From Paraspadella gotoi (Eukaryota; Animalia; Chaetognatha): a stretch of DNA of 64,000 nucleotides. The stretch lies in NCBI GenBank assembly GCA_051294375.1, contig CM119264.1, positions 2,166,481 through 2,230,480 of the forward strand, in the 5' to 3' direction. The notes beneath the pieces were generated by a model, which was not told where the DNA came from, made no database searches, and saw only the letters and a program-made list of their open reading frames with translations. Positions within the stretch are counted from its first letter, which is position 1. Every line of letters starts with the position of its first letter. Made by a program: the position numbers and the translations under genes. Positions 63,801 through 64,000 of the stretch are shown piece by piece.

Positions 63801-63871
63801 TTGGTGACGTCGACTTTCATTCTGGCATCGTCGCTTTCGTCGTTCATCAAAACGGACATCTGCTCCGCCAT
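60836..63871 (-). CDS. XK-related (XKR) membrane protein fused to Kelch repeats; three frameshifts (pseudogene or assembly errors)
   Basis: YFDIVTDVSLAVEYY, FFCLTILFMFLP, EAFYEDAPQF (XK ExxPQ motif), ILSRLFFLSL; phase-0 intron 61740-61801 joins to Kelch repeats (SAFIFGG, PRSRHVG..LYFFGG, PSPRDAMA..LFIYGG, KAFLLGG). Frameshifts near 62995, 62650 and 60997. Confidence 0.75.
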
Positions 63872-64000
63872 TCTTAAAATTAGAATTTGCTTTTCGACCC
63901 GAATAACGAAATAGCTAACTACGTAATTAAGGCAGAGAAATCAAGTCATGATTTCAGGACATCAAATCGCTATCTGTAAAAACCGGTTAAATATTCAAGG

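Noticed and set aside
1-64000. CRISPR arrays, rRNA, prokaryotic operons or intact transposase/RT genes
   Set aside because: No repeat-spacer arrays, rRNA-like sequence or transposase/RT motifs seen; gene structures are spliceosomal.

Overview
Eukaryotic DNA from a compact, gene-dense invertebrate genome (probably a protostome, judged from brat- and TTLL15-like genes), with AT-rich short GT-AG introns and GC-richer exons. About 16 protein-coding genes can be reconstructed by hand: OATP/SLCO, ZDHHC17/HIP14 (with an opposite-strand TM-ankyrin gene nested in a 3.4 kb intron), intronless brat, a class A GPCR, a TTLL15-like ligase, an uncharacterised SR/Pro-rich protein, SRSF3/7, sideroflexin, CD2BP2, PRKCSH, DMTF1, intronless LRCH, ZnT1/SLC30A, a RASD/DIRAS-like GTPase and an XK-family membrane protein spliced in frame to a Kelch domain. 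Best leads: (i) the XK-scramblase/helical linker/Kelch fusion; (ii) a signal-anchored, probably luminal TTL-like ATP-grasp ligase; (iii) seven tightly spaced co-oriented genes with apparently unpaired splice acceptors (possible operon/SL trans-splicing); (iv) ZnT1 with candidate MREs and two alternative C-terminal exons, one ending in a His/Cys tail; (v) brat with a full RING. A homopolymer frameshift in PRKCSH and a gap-flanking duplication indicate assembly errors, so frameshifts here should be treated cautiously. All family calls come from motif recognition, not database searches.
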